DNA of 64,000 nt. It comes from Tubulanus polymorphus (lineage: Eukaryota; Animalia; Nemertea). The stretch spans positions 4,154,001 through 4,218,000 of the forward strand of contig NC_134029.1 of assembly GCF_964204645.1 (NCBI RefSeq). The letters are read 5' to 3'. Under the pieces are notes generated by a model that saw nothing but the letters and a program-made list of their open reading frames with translations, searched no databases and was not told where the DNA came from. This document shows, one piece after another, positions 48,494 through 62,418 of this stretch. Both the position numbers and the translations under genes were made by a program. Numbering within the stretch: the stretch's first letter is position 1; every line of letters starts with the position of its first letter.

Positions 48494-51014
48494 ATGGCGT
48501 CTACTGAGGTTGCTGTAACGCCTCAGACGACCGATTTGAACCCTATTGAATCGAAAAAACTGAACGCCACCGACGACGACGAATCGGTCGCGATGGAAAC
48601 GGAAACAACGAAAAACGACATGAAACGTCAAAAATCGGACGAGGACGAGGTCGTGAATTCGACGGACGCGAATAACGCGACCGACTGCGGACCGTCGGAC
48701 GCGAAGAGTTTGAAAGACGCGGCGAATGAAGAAACGAAAGGCACGAACAATGTGAAAGTATTCGATAAGTCGGTTTACGTCGAAGCGCCGCCGCCGAAAG
48801 TGAATCCATGGAATAAAACGGTTACGGTTTCAGTGGCGAATACATTAGCGCAAGATTCAGGTCAGTATCAGCGGTTTTATATTAACACATCGCGTTTCAA
48901 ACCGTTATGCTTTAACGTTGGACTGTCTAAATTGAAGCAGTTACTATATTTGCACCACAAACTCTGATAGGCCTACTCCTGACGTGTAAATCTAGTCTAG
49001 CCTTACCTGCCATAAATTCCTTCTCCATGGTTTCTCGCGAGCATTATATATATCACTATAATGATATATAAATTTGTCAACATTAAGTCATGGAATTAGA
49101 CTTTTAAGTAAGTCATTGGTGGTATTGAATTGGTCAAAGAGGCTATGAACCCTTAACTACTATCATAGCTGCGTGATGATATTCAAACCAGCAGTGGCTA
49201 TCATAAGATAAACATGCACAAATTTGACCTCCTCTCCCAAAATTGTGCATGATGCTTGAAATCATCGACATCGGGGTTCGTGTACTTTATGGATGGCTGT
49301 CTTACTGCGTATCCTGATACTGTTTCACGTGATGAATTACACAAGCCTATTCAGAATTTCATCTGTGTTGTGATATAACGACGGAAACTTTTTGAAGTTG
49401 TTTAGTGAAATTGACGGCACTGGTCCTTATCATTGATTTTACCCTTACTTTATCCGTATGTAAACTGTACATACATGTCGATATTTATGCACTTTTTAAA
49501 ATGGCTTAACTGATAACTTCCTATTGAATGCTATACACATTATTGTCAGGTCAATAGGAATTGAACCTTCACAGGTGCAAGCCTTTCATTTACTTAAACT
49601 CTCAAATTTTTTGGTTTACCATCGTAGAATTGACTACTAAAGTGTCGAAAATCCATTAACTAGTCCGCCCGAAATCAATCAATCGTAGTTAATCTAAACT
49701 AATTTTACCGATAATTGTAAGTTGTATATGAGGTCAATCTTCACTGCATTTATCAATTTTCTTGCTTTCAGTTATTATCAGTAATCGGAATGAAACGTTC
49801 TTTTAGTAATAATTTTATCGCCGACTAAAAGTCCAAATTTTCTTAATCAAAGTTGATGATAAGATATATGATAAACGCGCGCTCGTATGTGAGAGAATAC
49901 ATTATAATTGTTAACGATTGATAACCCCGAACACTGGAATATTGATTGATATTGCCGTTATTTGCTAGCGGTGCATTTACTTTAATATTATTTAATCTAT
50001 GTCTTCATCGAGACTAATGTTATTGTTTGGTCTATGGCATAGTTATTGGGGGCGCAATAATTTAGTATTTGCGATTTGAATTTTCACCGCCGTGATGCGA
50101 CTGTTCAATGCTTGCTCAGTATGTTGACAGCTGTAGGCGTTGTGTTTAAGGCCCTACAACGCGGATGACTTGTTGCACTTTAGCGCAATTTAAAGGATAT
50201 TGAAATGGATGTGGCTAATTCATAAATGATATTTTTCTCTTTTACTTAAGAATTTATTTTCTCTTTTTAGATGGGGAACAACAGAAAGCTAAAGTGATTA
50301 AAGCAAGTGGAAGTAAAAAGATAGATAGAGTAAGTGAGCTTGTTGTAATTTGCCACAAATTACCCATTGAGACCCAGGTATCCCCCTGCAGCCTTCTGTG
50401 GGTTTTGAGTGCATTTTTTGCGTACGTTTGGTTTAGTTTTCTCTGGCAGTTCTAGATGTTAACCTTAGCCTCAGAACTAGACCCAGGTCGGATGAAATTC
50501 AGTCGAGCACACTTGAAGTATCGAACTGAAAAGGCCTAAACAAATGGCATTTTTCATCAGTGGCGGCACATGTTACCGTGTGTTATTATAGCTGTCAGCA
50601 GTAGTGACAGTTGAGTGCAGCAGTTGTAGCCCCCTATTAGTCAGACGACAATTAAATGGTTTTAAATGATTTCAAGATGATGCGAATCTCTGTATTTTAT
50701 TGTTCTCTGGTGTTTCAGACTTCCTATAGACACCACCACCACCACCACCACCATAAATCATGGGGTTCCCACTCTCAGGTAACAAAAAGCACATATATCC
50801 CAGAACGTGGTGGCTATGTTCGGTCGTGGTTTCGATGTTGTTTACGTCCAGTCACTAGCAGCATTGTTTACCTTTAAATTTAGCACGTTTCAATCTCCCA
50901 GGAACAAGTATTCGGACCAAAATGATGATTAATACCTACCCATGTATTAGATAAGCAGCAAATTAATATGAACGAGCCAAACATGATCTAAAAAGACCTA
51001 CCATTCTCTAGTGT

Positions 51015-51076
<62 letters not shown>

Positions 51077-54000
51077 TGGTTTATTGTACTCTAAAAACAG
51101 ACCTGACTATGACTACTATTTGAGAGTAGTCTATTCTTTAAGGGCTGAACTACTCAAAAAATATCAAAACGCTCCCAAAATCATTATTAATTTCTAGTTC
51201 GTTTTCAGTTAAATTACTTTTTTTGATGTCAAATGATTTTTTTTGTGAAACCTACTGCAATAAGATATATTGAGTAGTATGGACTTCAACATGCATGAAT
51301 TGTGAACGCAATTGAAATTTTTAGAATAAATTGATTGATGATGATAACAGATGAGCAAAAAAAAACTATTGTTTTGTTTGATTTTTCGACTTGAATGCAT
51401 CGTCCCTCGATCAATGTTGTTGTGAGACCCGCGTAAAAACAACCTCTCATAGTTGTTGTGATATATCAGTATTGTCTATTCTGGGGATGGCTGTCTCCTT
51501 TCTTGTACGTAATGGCTTGGATCAGTTGGAGAAAAAAAGTTGACAAAATTCTGCTTCATTTGATCACTGTATTTATTATTTTAACTCCAGCGATTAATTA
51601 CCATGATGTTTCAGCGAAATGTTGTAAGTTAAACAACACTTATGAATTTTCATTTTAGGCGAGCGATTTTAGTGACACAACCAACTGGCCAACCCTCGGT
51701 GAAGTTAAAGATGTAAGTTATTGTTGTATTCGATGAAAAGATGATTTGGTTCGCAGATGGTTCTAGCATGCAAGATCTGCTATTTATTTCTACGGTTTAA
51801 GGATCGTGAAATTGTACTAACCCTGTCCCCTTCTAATGTATATGTTGAAACCCGTTGAGTTATCACTTTTACAAGGGCCTCGTTTTCATATTGAAAAATT
51901 GAAAAATCACCCATAAAATACTGTAAAATACATGAAAACTTAAATATTTTGAATTGATGTAACTGTGTGAACCATGTAATCAACTTTAACAGAACTCGTG
52001 ATATTTCGTTTCGATGTTCCAGGGTTGTTTGACGACGAACACCGGTATCAACAAGAAACCGGCGTCAAGTTCGGCGTCGTCGACGGCGGCACGATCGGCG
52101 CAGACGTCGGTCGGCGTTAAACAACAGGCTTCGTTGACAGATTCGGGCGGCGATGACTCGTCGAAGGAAAACAAAGATACGGCCAGCGGCGAAGACGATC
52201 AGAGAACGCCGAAGAAAAAAGGTACGACTGAATGTCTGGGTCGGTTGCATACTTCATGAGTCGTAACCGTGGTTTGTTGCTCTTAGGATTAACAATTTCT
52301 AGCATAAATATTTCATAGTCTAGTAATACGTATTAAGCGGCACTAGACGTTGAATACTAGCGCTTAACCTCAGTATTTGATTATTGGGACTGTATTGTGT
52401 ACTGTAGCTGTTGTCGTCGTTCTTGTCGCTGTTATATATTGTTCAATCTTCTTATCTGTTCGTTCATCGGTAAATGATGGTTTTTGTGTGTGTATGACAG
52501 TTTACTCGAAGTACCGATTGCGTATCGGTGATGTTTTCATATAGGTATTTCACATTTTGACAAGAATTGTTTTCAAGTAATAGTGTCATGTTGAATACGT
52601 CTCGATGATGATTGTGTTGATTTTTTTCTTGTTTGAGTAATGAATATGATGTATGATAACTGCCTGGTACAGATGTGTTTTATATCTTTCCATCGTTTTG
52701 CGTATTGTTGTGTACATAGAGCAGTTTTTTCACTGACGAAATTGACCCATATCTTGGCGCAGGTGCTTCGCTACTGAAATGCCAATACACGCGCTGAACC
52801 GTGTCAAAACTCAAATTTAATACTAGGCTCCTTAAAATCTACTTAGGAAATTCCCTGTGATGCTCGGGAGCATCGTCGTATTTTCCAAGTCAAGTCTCGA
52901 TTAGTTTACTAAACTCTAACAGAAAAAAAGTACATTTCTCATAAAATTGGGGAGGTGAGAAAAAAGATGTAGCGTGTAACAATACGCATTTACATATTAA
53001 CCATTTTTGGTACGTTATTTGTACATTCAATTCCATCTGTTGGTGGTGTATAGATAAATCGTACAGCACCTGGCTCATCTTGTGCCCCGCCTACTTAAAC
53101 GCAGACGTTTATTTCCGTGTAGGACAATATCAAAATATATTCGCGATTGTCAATGATGTTTTTTCGACGTTGGTCATCACATCCTAATAATCTAATCTTA
53201 GACGACTAATATTTTATCCAGCTTGTATTTTCTTGCGTTTCTAAAAAATGTCTTTGGTGAAAATAAGAATCTTTCTTCGGCCAGACGACATACAATGCGC
53301 CACTGCCAATTATATTTCCAATTGATCGGAAAAATGATTTGTTTGTTCTCGGACAAGTAACTGTAAGGTGGATTTGATGTTAAGGTCGCTGTTAGTAGGT
53401 AGGAAAGTTAGTAGGTAGTTTGTACTTTGACTAGGATAACTATATTTGGAAGAGTTGTATTTAGATGCTAAAATTTTTGGATTGTGTAGATGAAATATTT
53501 AAAAAAGGGCATAATTGAGAGTATCAAGGGTTGTTAGATTTCGGCCCTAGTTTGAATCAATGATTATTATGGTTTTTGCTTAAACCGAATAGTCAGTAAG
53601 ACTAAGATTAAGCTTCCACGCTTGGTTAACGAAACGCCCCACGTGTGATATACATCTAGCTGCGCGAAAGTCTCATACACAAGCTGAAATCTAGAAATGT
53701 CAATGAATTCGCCGTGCCAGCCTGGATGGCTATAATATATGGTAATAATTATATGCTGTATATGTGTGTGTATATATATGACAGATGTTAATTCGTAATA
53801 TATTTCTCATATAAACAGATGTTATATTCATTCATGTGGTATATCTCGCGATGATCATTGCCGGGTTACACTACTGAATATTTGAGCATCTGATTTTTTT
53901 AATCCGCGACAAACTGTTGAAATACCGGTGGTGGTGGCGGTCTGCGACGTGGTGGCTGATAATACCCCGGTCGGCAGACGGACGGATAGAATAGCGATTA

Positions 54001-57000
54001 CACGTGGAATTCTCCGAGGCGATGTTATTACGTTAAAATGGCATCGAATGTTAAATGTTCGATGTAATCGTTAGAGGCATGTGTTATGATTTCGTTGCCT
54101 TCTAATTTTAACTAATGGGTCGTTGATTGTCGAGACTCATGGTCACATTTTGTATGGGTATAAACCAGGGTCTCTAGTCAATTAAAAGTTGGTTAGATCT
54201 TTGAGTTATAGAGCTATCAGTTGAGATGATTGTTCATAGGTTAGAGTTAATCAGTGGATAGTTGACATAGTGACAATTAAAAGTTTATTGTAACTATGGT
54301 ATTTATACCCCGGTTTTCTTTAACCAGCTTTTCTGCAACTGCAACTGACTAAACAGAAAGGCTCGCCAGTTCAATTGTCTTCCATGATGAAATGCAGTCT
54401 AAAGCCATGATTCAAATTCAATCTTAGTCAGTTTGTATGGATGTGAATATTCTTAAGACAAGTTTTTAGGATCAGTAAATAATTAGAAAGTTAGTTACGC
54501 AGTATCATCGGTTTAATTATCTTCTAAATAAATTGTGGTTTTAAATTATGGTTTTCATATGTACCTGGTACGGGTGACTTCGAGCATAACAAAAGCACCA
54601 CATTCAAACACATGCAATCTTTGTTTCTTACATTATGAGCGTTATTCTGTTCGTTTCAGTTGGTAAACAGAAATGGGTTCCTCTGGACATCGAACCGCCT
54701 AAATCCGGACGTCGTACGGCATCGCCACGGTTACAAGGTCAGCTTTCAAACAAGAACGACAAATCGATTAAAAACGAACGAAATGAAAAGAATGAACGTC
54801 GAGAAGGCGGCAGAACAAGTGAGTTCAGTGTGAAACAATGCGATAACTTCCAGCACAACTCGAGTCCTGTAGGAATCGGATTTGACAGTGAATTAGAGTG
54901 TTACTCTTTGAAACTGTGAACCGATATTGACAACTAGGGCCGTGCAATGGAAGTAGATGAATATTTAATAATAAACAATGATCAGTGTACAGGCGAATAG
55001 AACCGCTTTCTTAATGTTCGCTGATTTCTGCCTCGCTGAAACTTGTTACACTTCGATTATCCACTTGTGAAATGAATACAGAATTTATAAAGTACAAAGA
55101 CATGGTGCCAACTGACCCGAAAACTTATCAGAAAATCTAGGTATCATTACATGATTCAATGAAAATGAATGAATCGTAACATTTTAAACCTAGAAATATC
55201 TCTTGATTTCTTCAGGGGATTTTGTGTGATTACATGGAAAAATCAGGGGATATGTAAATGGGCTGAGAGTGGCCATCCTGAAAGGCTATATCTATATGGA
55301 TAAGTTGGTTTAATTTGGCGTATTGTTTTGTAGGGTCTGATTCTGCGAACTGGAGAGATGACGCGCGACCGTCCAGTCCTGGTCGAGATATGAACCGCGA
55401 GTCCGGTCGAGGTCGTGGCGCTCGTAGAGGTCGTGGACGAGGTAGAGGTGGTCGCGGAGGTCGATCTACTCGTACTCACAATAACAACATGGCTAACAAT
55501 AATGGTATGTTTCATATTTAAAAAAAAAACATTGCATGTTATGATGCACAGGATGCATTTAGATTGTGGATCGTGTTCAGACATTGAATATAGACACCTT
55601 CAACATCTTGAGTTCCCAATTCCACACTCATTGAAAATTCCCACAATAAGTTTGTAAAGATGTTCTGTCCTTTGATGCTGAAGATGTCTTTTATTATAGT
55701 AAACTCCTGCTTTAATCAGATCTGACCAACTCTGATATTTTTCGAATGTATTTCTCTCGATATATGAAGTATATACTATCGGACTCAAGCCGAGTCTGTT
55801 GTATATACGGTCGGACTCGAACCGAGTCTCCTGTCTCTGTCTCTCTTATCTTATTATTTTGATTTTGCTTTGTTTCGTTCATTTATCGTAACTTAAGAGT
55901 TTTGAACACATGCCGCATGAAACCAATTTATTGAAAGATGAACTAATTTGAGGATTCAATTCTGAGAGAGCTGTCATTGCTGTTTCATTACATTATCATT
56001 TATGTTTGTATTTTGATTTGTTTTCGCTTTGAGAATGTTTTAATGCTTTCGTTTCGAGCCGATTTTGCTTTTTGTTTTCGATTTTTAAGTTTAGTTTCGT
56101 GACGCACAGCCGGACGGATGGAATCAAAACGTGATCGCCAAGAGAATCAATGATTTATTTTTCCAGGTCAATTTATTCCAGACTTCCAGTATTTTAACAA
56201 TTTCGACGAGCAGTTTTACGTCGAAGCGACACCTCAGATTAGTCCGATCATCCCGGCAGGCGCTGCTGCCACCTATGGGGCTCCATTGTTTTTCAACAAT
56301 CAGTACTCCATTAGCGTTGATGAGACAATCCTACGAGAATATATTCGCAAGCAAATGTGAGTATTTTTTATGAAATTTTAACCTTAAAACGTCATTTTAT
56401 AGTTTCTGTAGGTACTTTAAGATAGGAAAGGTAGTCTTTATGCTTAGGAAATAGTACTGCTGAATTTATAAATCCGACTAGGAGGACATTAGGATGATAA
56501 TGTATTTATTGGGGACTGATCATTATCTGGTCAGGATGAATACCCCAAGGGATCAACCAACTGAATGTCAAATGTCAAGTTTACATGTTTCATATCAATG
56601 ATTTCTGGTAATGAAGTTTTTGATATGGTTTCTGTGGGTTCTTTAAGATAGGAAAGGTAGTCTTAATGCTTAGAAAATAGTACTGCTGAATTTAGAAATC
56701 CGTTTAGTCTAATAGGAGGACATATATAGGATGATTATGTATTTTATTGGGGACTGATCATTATCTGGTCAGGATGAATACCCCAAGGGATCAACCAACT
56801 GAATGTCAAATTTCAAGTTTACCTGCATCCCATGATTTCTGGTAATGAAGTTTTTGATATGATTTCGATGTTTGTTTTTTTTTTTTGCTCTTTCTATAGT
56901 GAATACTACTTCAGCGAGGATAACCTGCAACGTGACTTTTTCCTGAGACGAAAGATGGAAGTCGGCGGATGGATTCCGTTGCCGTTAATCGCCAGTTTTC

Positions 57001-60000
57001 GAAGAGTTCAAGCGTTAACACTAGACTACAATCTTATTGTAGAGGTATGAATTCAGTCTTACCGGTAGTTGATCAATCGGTCGGCATTCATAGTCGAGTC
57101 CTGTATTAAGTTCTGGGGTCAGTTTTCAGGAGAATGATAGACTTTTATGAAACCAGCCCTTGGCCCCTGTTGCAGTCATTACTAACTCCAACATGGTGTT
57201 CAATTTTACGAATAGTCTTAGGTTGTTAGATCAGTTATAGATCAAAGTTGGTTTTCGACTGGTGTTGAATCTAAGTGAGCCCTGTATCCCTGTGAGATGA
57301 ATTATTTTAGAAGAGATGAAAAAATGTTCGTCAATCCTTTGAATCAATCATCAATGCTAGATATTAGTCTTATTCCGAATGTTTATTTTCTTTCAGTCTC
57401 TGAAGGACAGTAACGAAATGGAAGTTTCGAATGATTTTACGAAGGTCCGATCGAAAGTTGACCCGGATAAATGGCGTATCGAAGGACCGACTATTACGAC
57501 ATCGTTGCTGCATGCAGATGTCCCTGAATTCGTACCCGGGCAACAGTACTATTTCTCTCGTACTGAAGAAACATGTATGTATCAAATGTGATTATAATCA
57601 TCGGAATTGAAATGTATTTTCACTAGCATGGTTCCCACAGTAGAACAGTTGTTTCCCACAGAAATTTTATAATAAATTGTTTGGAAATATTTGAGAAATC
57701 CATCTTGAAATGTTGATGCACCCTAGTACTATGGTATCTGATAACATAAATCTTCACTAGGCCCCATTTCTATTCGGGAAAATTGAAAAATCCCCGATGA
57801 TATTACTTGGAAAGAATTTGAACTCATGTAACATTGGGAACAATGCGATAGAAACGTCAAACCTTCCAGCACAACTCGAGTCCTGTAGGAATTGGATTTG
57901 ACTGTGAATTAGAGTGTTACTCTTTGAAACTGTGAACCGATGTTGACCACTAGGGCCGTGCAATGGAAGTAGATAAACATTTGATAATAAACAATGATCA
58001 GTGTACAGGCGAATAGAACCGCTTTCTTAATGTTCGCTGATTTCTGCCTCGCTGAAACTTGTTACACTCATAACTTCTAAATCTAGCGATCATTGTTATG
58101 TTTAAATCCTGCATCGAATTAATAAGTTTTTGTTTTCAGCGTCTGCCCCTCATTCGCCGTCAGATGACAGTCACATGAAACCCTCATTAGACGACGATAA
58201 AGACCACGACGGCGGAGATGAGGCATCCGGCGAGGAGGACAAAGATTCGGCGTCAGAACCGAAATACAGTCTGTCTTCGAGCGCGCCGGAGAAAAAAGCC
58301 GAATGGATGGAAGAGTGGAGAGAGGTGAAACGTAAACCGAAAGTAACGAAACCGGCGAAGGGAGACGGGCAGACTGGTGAACCGGAACAGGAGGAATTAG
58401 ACTTCATGTTCGATGAAGAGATGGATCAGTTGGACGGACGTAAAAATAACTTCACCGAATGGTAATTATCTGATTTCATTTATTTCGCTCTGCAGTCAAA
58501 GAATGGTTTAATCACATGCAACATCGTTATTAGATCGGAGTTCTCGGTTCAGGGAATTCTGGATTTATTTTTCCTGGCGATCAGGGGAGAGCAGGAAATT
58601 TTTTACTGAAACTGCCCCCAATAAGGATAAATTTGAAATTTAATCGGGGAATTTAGATACACAATTTGCATGCATGATGAATACATATTGTATTATTCGT
58701 AGGTCTGATGACGATGATGATGATGAACTCGCCGACACCGATCTCAATAAAATATTAATCGTTACTCAAACGCCGCCGGCGTTTCGTAAACACCCGGGTG
58801 GTGATCGCACCGGAGATCACGTACCACGCGCGAGAATGACGCAGGAACTCGCGATGGTTATCAACGACGGACTGATGTATTACGAGCAGGATCTGTGGGT
58901 AGATGAAGAATGGGTGAGTTTTATAATTCACTATTTATCTAGTCGAAGATCAATTTTGATGACATAAGGATGAGAATGTATTTATTGGGGACTGATCATT
59001 TTTTGGTCAGGATGAATACCCCAAGGGATCAACCAACTGAATGTCTTAGAGTGTCAAATTATCTGTTGTTGATTTGAAAAAATTGATTTCATGTTAAAAT
59101 TACTTAAGTTTGTGCTAAAAGATTTGAAATCAAAAATGAGTCCTTTTCATACACTATCTCACTTCAGACTCAGTATATTCAGTCAATACAAGACAACAAG
59201 CAAGTAAACATGATCAGCAAAGATGATTACAGGAAAATGTATCCGGAAACACCAGTTGATCAACAAGAAGTACCACCTCCCCCACCACCTGCTGTCGAAA
59301 TCAAATCTCGTAAGCATAACCTACTATAAGCCGTTCTACTGTTAGAATTGATTTCATGAACATAATTCATGTGACACAGAGATCATTTACACAGAGCTGC
59401 CAACTGTTCTAGATTTTCACTATTTGATCTACACAGAGCTGCCAACTGTTCTAGATTTTCACTATTTGATCTGGAGAAAAACTGATCTCATTTGTTAGAT
59501 GTTTACAGAAATGTTTAGAGATAATACTGAGGATCTTACTTTTGATAACTGTTTAATTTGAAAATTTTCTTTCCTGTCACAATGAAACGTTCTTGAGAAA
59601 AATTCTGCTTGTTATTGTTAGCACTTGGCAGAAGTTCGCAGCCTTGTTTATGAGTACACTGTAGTTAAATAACTTCATTCACATACACTATATTCTCAGG
59701 TTTTGAGATTGTTCATATCTCTTGTAATACAATTTGACATCAGGATGAGAATGTATTTATTGGGGACTGATCATTTTTTGGTCAGGATGAATACCCCAAG
59801 GGATCAACCAACTGAATATGTCGATAGAGAAATTTTTTTTTGAATTTTCTACCTTTTTAGCAACAGAATTATGTCAATTGGAATTATGTTGTTTTTAATT
59901 TTTAGCGGTTGCCGCAGGTGGAACTGACTTGTCAGTAGCTGCTGCACATACGCCACGTACCCCTCGCACTCCTCGCGGTCATCATAGGAGTCGCTTCTAT

Positions 60001-62385
60001 CCCGTCACTAAAGATACAAAGACCGATCCAGAGGTATGTTCATTCGTCCTTGAGTCAAGTGATTTGAGTGACAGGTTGAAATGTTGATCATCAGTTTAAT
60101 ACGAATGGAACGTTAATTTTTCAGACTCCTCGTAAGAAAAAAACTCGACACAGTGATAATCCAGTACAGGAGGCACATGTCGGCTGGGTGATGGATTCTA
60201 AAGATCATCGACCTCGAACCACCTCTCTGTCTCAAAGGTACGTTGTGTTGTATTCCTGGTAGTGTGTTGAATGACTTATTTTGTTCAATAATGAATTTTT
60301 CTGTCAAATCTGTATCGTCGAATCTTCAGCTACCAGGGCCACTAAACTGGAAAACCTGAAAACCTTTGATAAAAGGGAAACTCGGGGAATTTGGCAAATT
60401 TTACCAAAAAAATCAGGGAATTTTGATAAAGCTAAAGACCAATGTTTCTTTATCAATATGTGATTATGTGTAACATTTTAGACAATTTTGGGTAATCACA
60501 TGGAAACGCAGTTGTACAAAACAAATAGTTTGATCATTGATATTTGAATATTGTTTGATAATTTGTAGTCCATCAGAGAGTGCAGTATCTAGCAGTTACG
60601 GTACACCACATGCATTCCCGAATTTCCAACATCCATCTCATGAGCTGCTGAGTGACAATGGTTTTGTCTGGCATGTTTATCATAAGTATCACGCCAAATG
60701 TTTGAAAGGTATGTACAATGTTCATTTAAGTAGCGCTCTGATTCTCTGCCCCTTCCAGCACAACTCAAGTCCTGTAGGAATTGGATTTGACGGTGAATTA
60801 GAGTGTTACTCTTTGAAACTGTGAACCGATGTTGACCACTAGGGCCGTGCAATGGAAGTAGATGAATATTTGATTATAAACAATGATCAGTGTACAGGCG
60901 AATAGGAGCGCTTTCTTAATGTTCGCTGATTTCTGCCTCGCTGAAACCTGTTACACTTAGAGCAAGTTTTTTGATATGAATTAAATGAATACTACACTTA
61001 ATATTCATTGAAGATATGTCTCCAATAACTTGTGTATTATAAAGCGATAATTGTGAAATTGTTCATTTATCTTCACTAAGAATACATCATACTCCGTTCA
61101 TCTGCAGTTCACGATGTCATGCTTTTCTTCTATTGAATTTTCAGATCGAAAGAAAATGGGTGTCGGTCAGTCACAAGAGATGAACACTTTATTCAGATTC
61201 TGGTCATTTTTCATGAGGGAACATTTTAATCGTAAAATGTACCAAGAGTTTCGTCAGTACGCCGTCGAAGACGCGAATGCGGGCCAGAGGTTAGTAGAAC
61301 GTAGAGTAGAATAAACCATGAATGCATTGATGAAAGTTGATTGTGTTCCTCATTTGATATTCACGCCGTTTGAATTTTCTGTTACAGATACGGTTTGGAA
61401 TGTCTATTCCGATTCTACAGTTACGGTCTAGAGAAGAAATTCCGGCCGGATTTATTCAAAGATTTCCAAGAGGAAGTGATAAGAGATTACGATTCAGGTC
61501 AGCTTTACGGTCTCGAGAAGTTCTGGGCGTACCTGAAATACTCGCGTAGACATATCCGAGTCGATGACAGAATTAAAGACTGGTTGAAGAAGTATAAACG
61601 CCTAGAAGATTTCAGAGTTTTGGTGAGTAATAGAAGAGATTATATGTGACTGCATGGAAATATCTGAATATTCCTCTTTTACACCAATCCACCAGCAAAC
61701 TTGTCGATGCAGGGTGGCCACTTAATGGAAATCAGGTTGTAGTCAGAGAATTTTGTCTAAAAAAGAGAAGAAAAAGCTAAAAATTAGTCGTAATTCAGGC
61801 AAATTTGTTAATGTATTTTATGTATTTGACTGTGTCTTAGCAGATCAAGCAGGGAAAACAACGTACATGTCAGGCAATAGTCAGGGTAAAGGCTAGTCAA
61901 ATCAAAGTAGCCACTCCAATGACTGCATGAAAAAAATACGAAAATTCCTTCTTAACACCATTCAACATCAACCAACCTTGCTCTAACAAACTTTTCGGCT
62001 ACTGGCCAACATAGTTATTGTCATTATCTGTTTGAATTGAACGTAACAAAATGTGAATGTATTTTTGCAGCCTCCGTCTGGTGGTGATGGACACGTGCCG
62101 TCATTTGCTCAGTCGCGATCGAGAAATAATAGTCAGTCGGAATCCGGTAACCGATCGCGCAAACAATCGGAATCATCGGCGGGACGACAACGTCACTCGA
62201 GTCACGAGTCGGGACGACGACACTCGAACAACCAGTCGGATAAAACTCATCGTAAAACTAGTCAGTCGAAGAAAACATCGTCATCCAACAACCAACAACA
62301 ACCACAACCTTCATCAGAAACTAGCTCAACAACTAACCACACATCAACCAGTACCAGTACTGCTCAGTCGAAGAAACCTAGCAGT

Positions 62386-62418
<33 letters not shown>

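Larger units (their letters stand above)
56415..56868. repeat. ~226-bp tandem duplication carrying two C/D snoRNA copies
   Basis: CTTTAAGATAGGAAAGGTAGTC...GTAATGAAGTTTTTGATATG repeated head to tail (second unit starts at 56641). Confidence 0.9.

Noticed and set aside
54847-55053. Identification of the 207-nt RNA as U17/snR30 or telomerase RNA
   Set aside because: Lacks the U17 m1/m2 motifs and any telomeric template sequence.
56415-59822. CRISPR-like repeat array
   Set aside because: Eukaryotic intronic context, irregular spacing, no cas genes; the repeats fit C/D snoRNA architecture.
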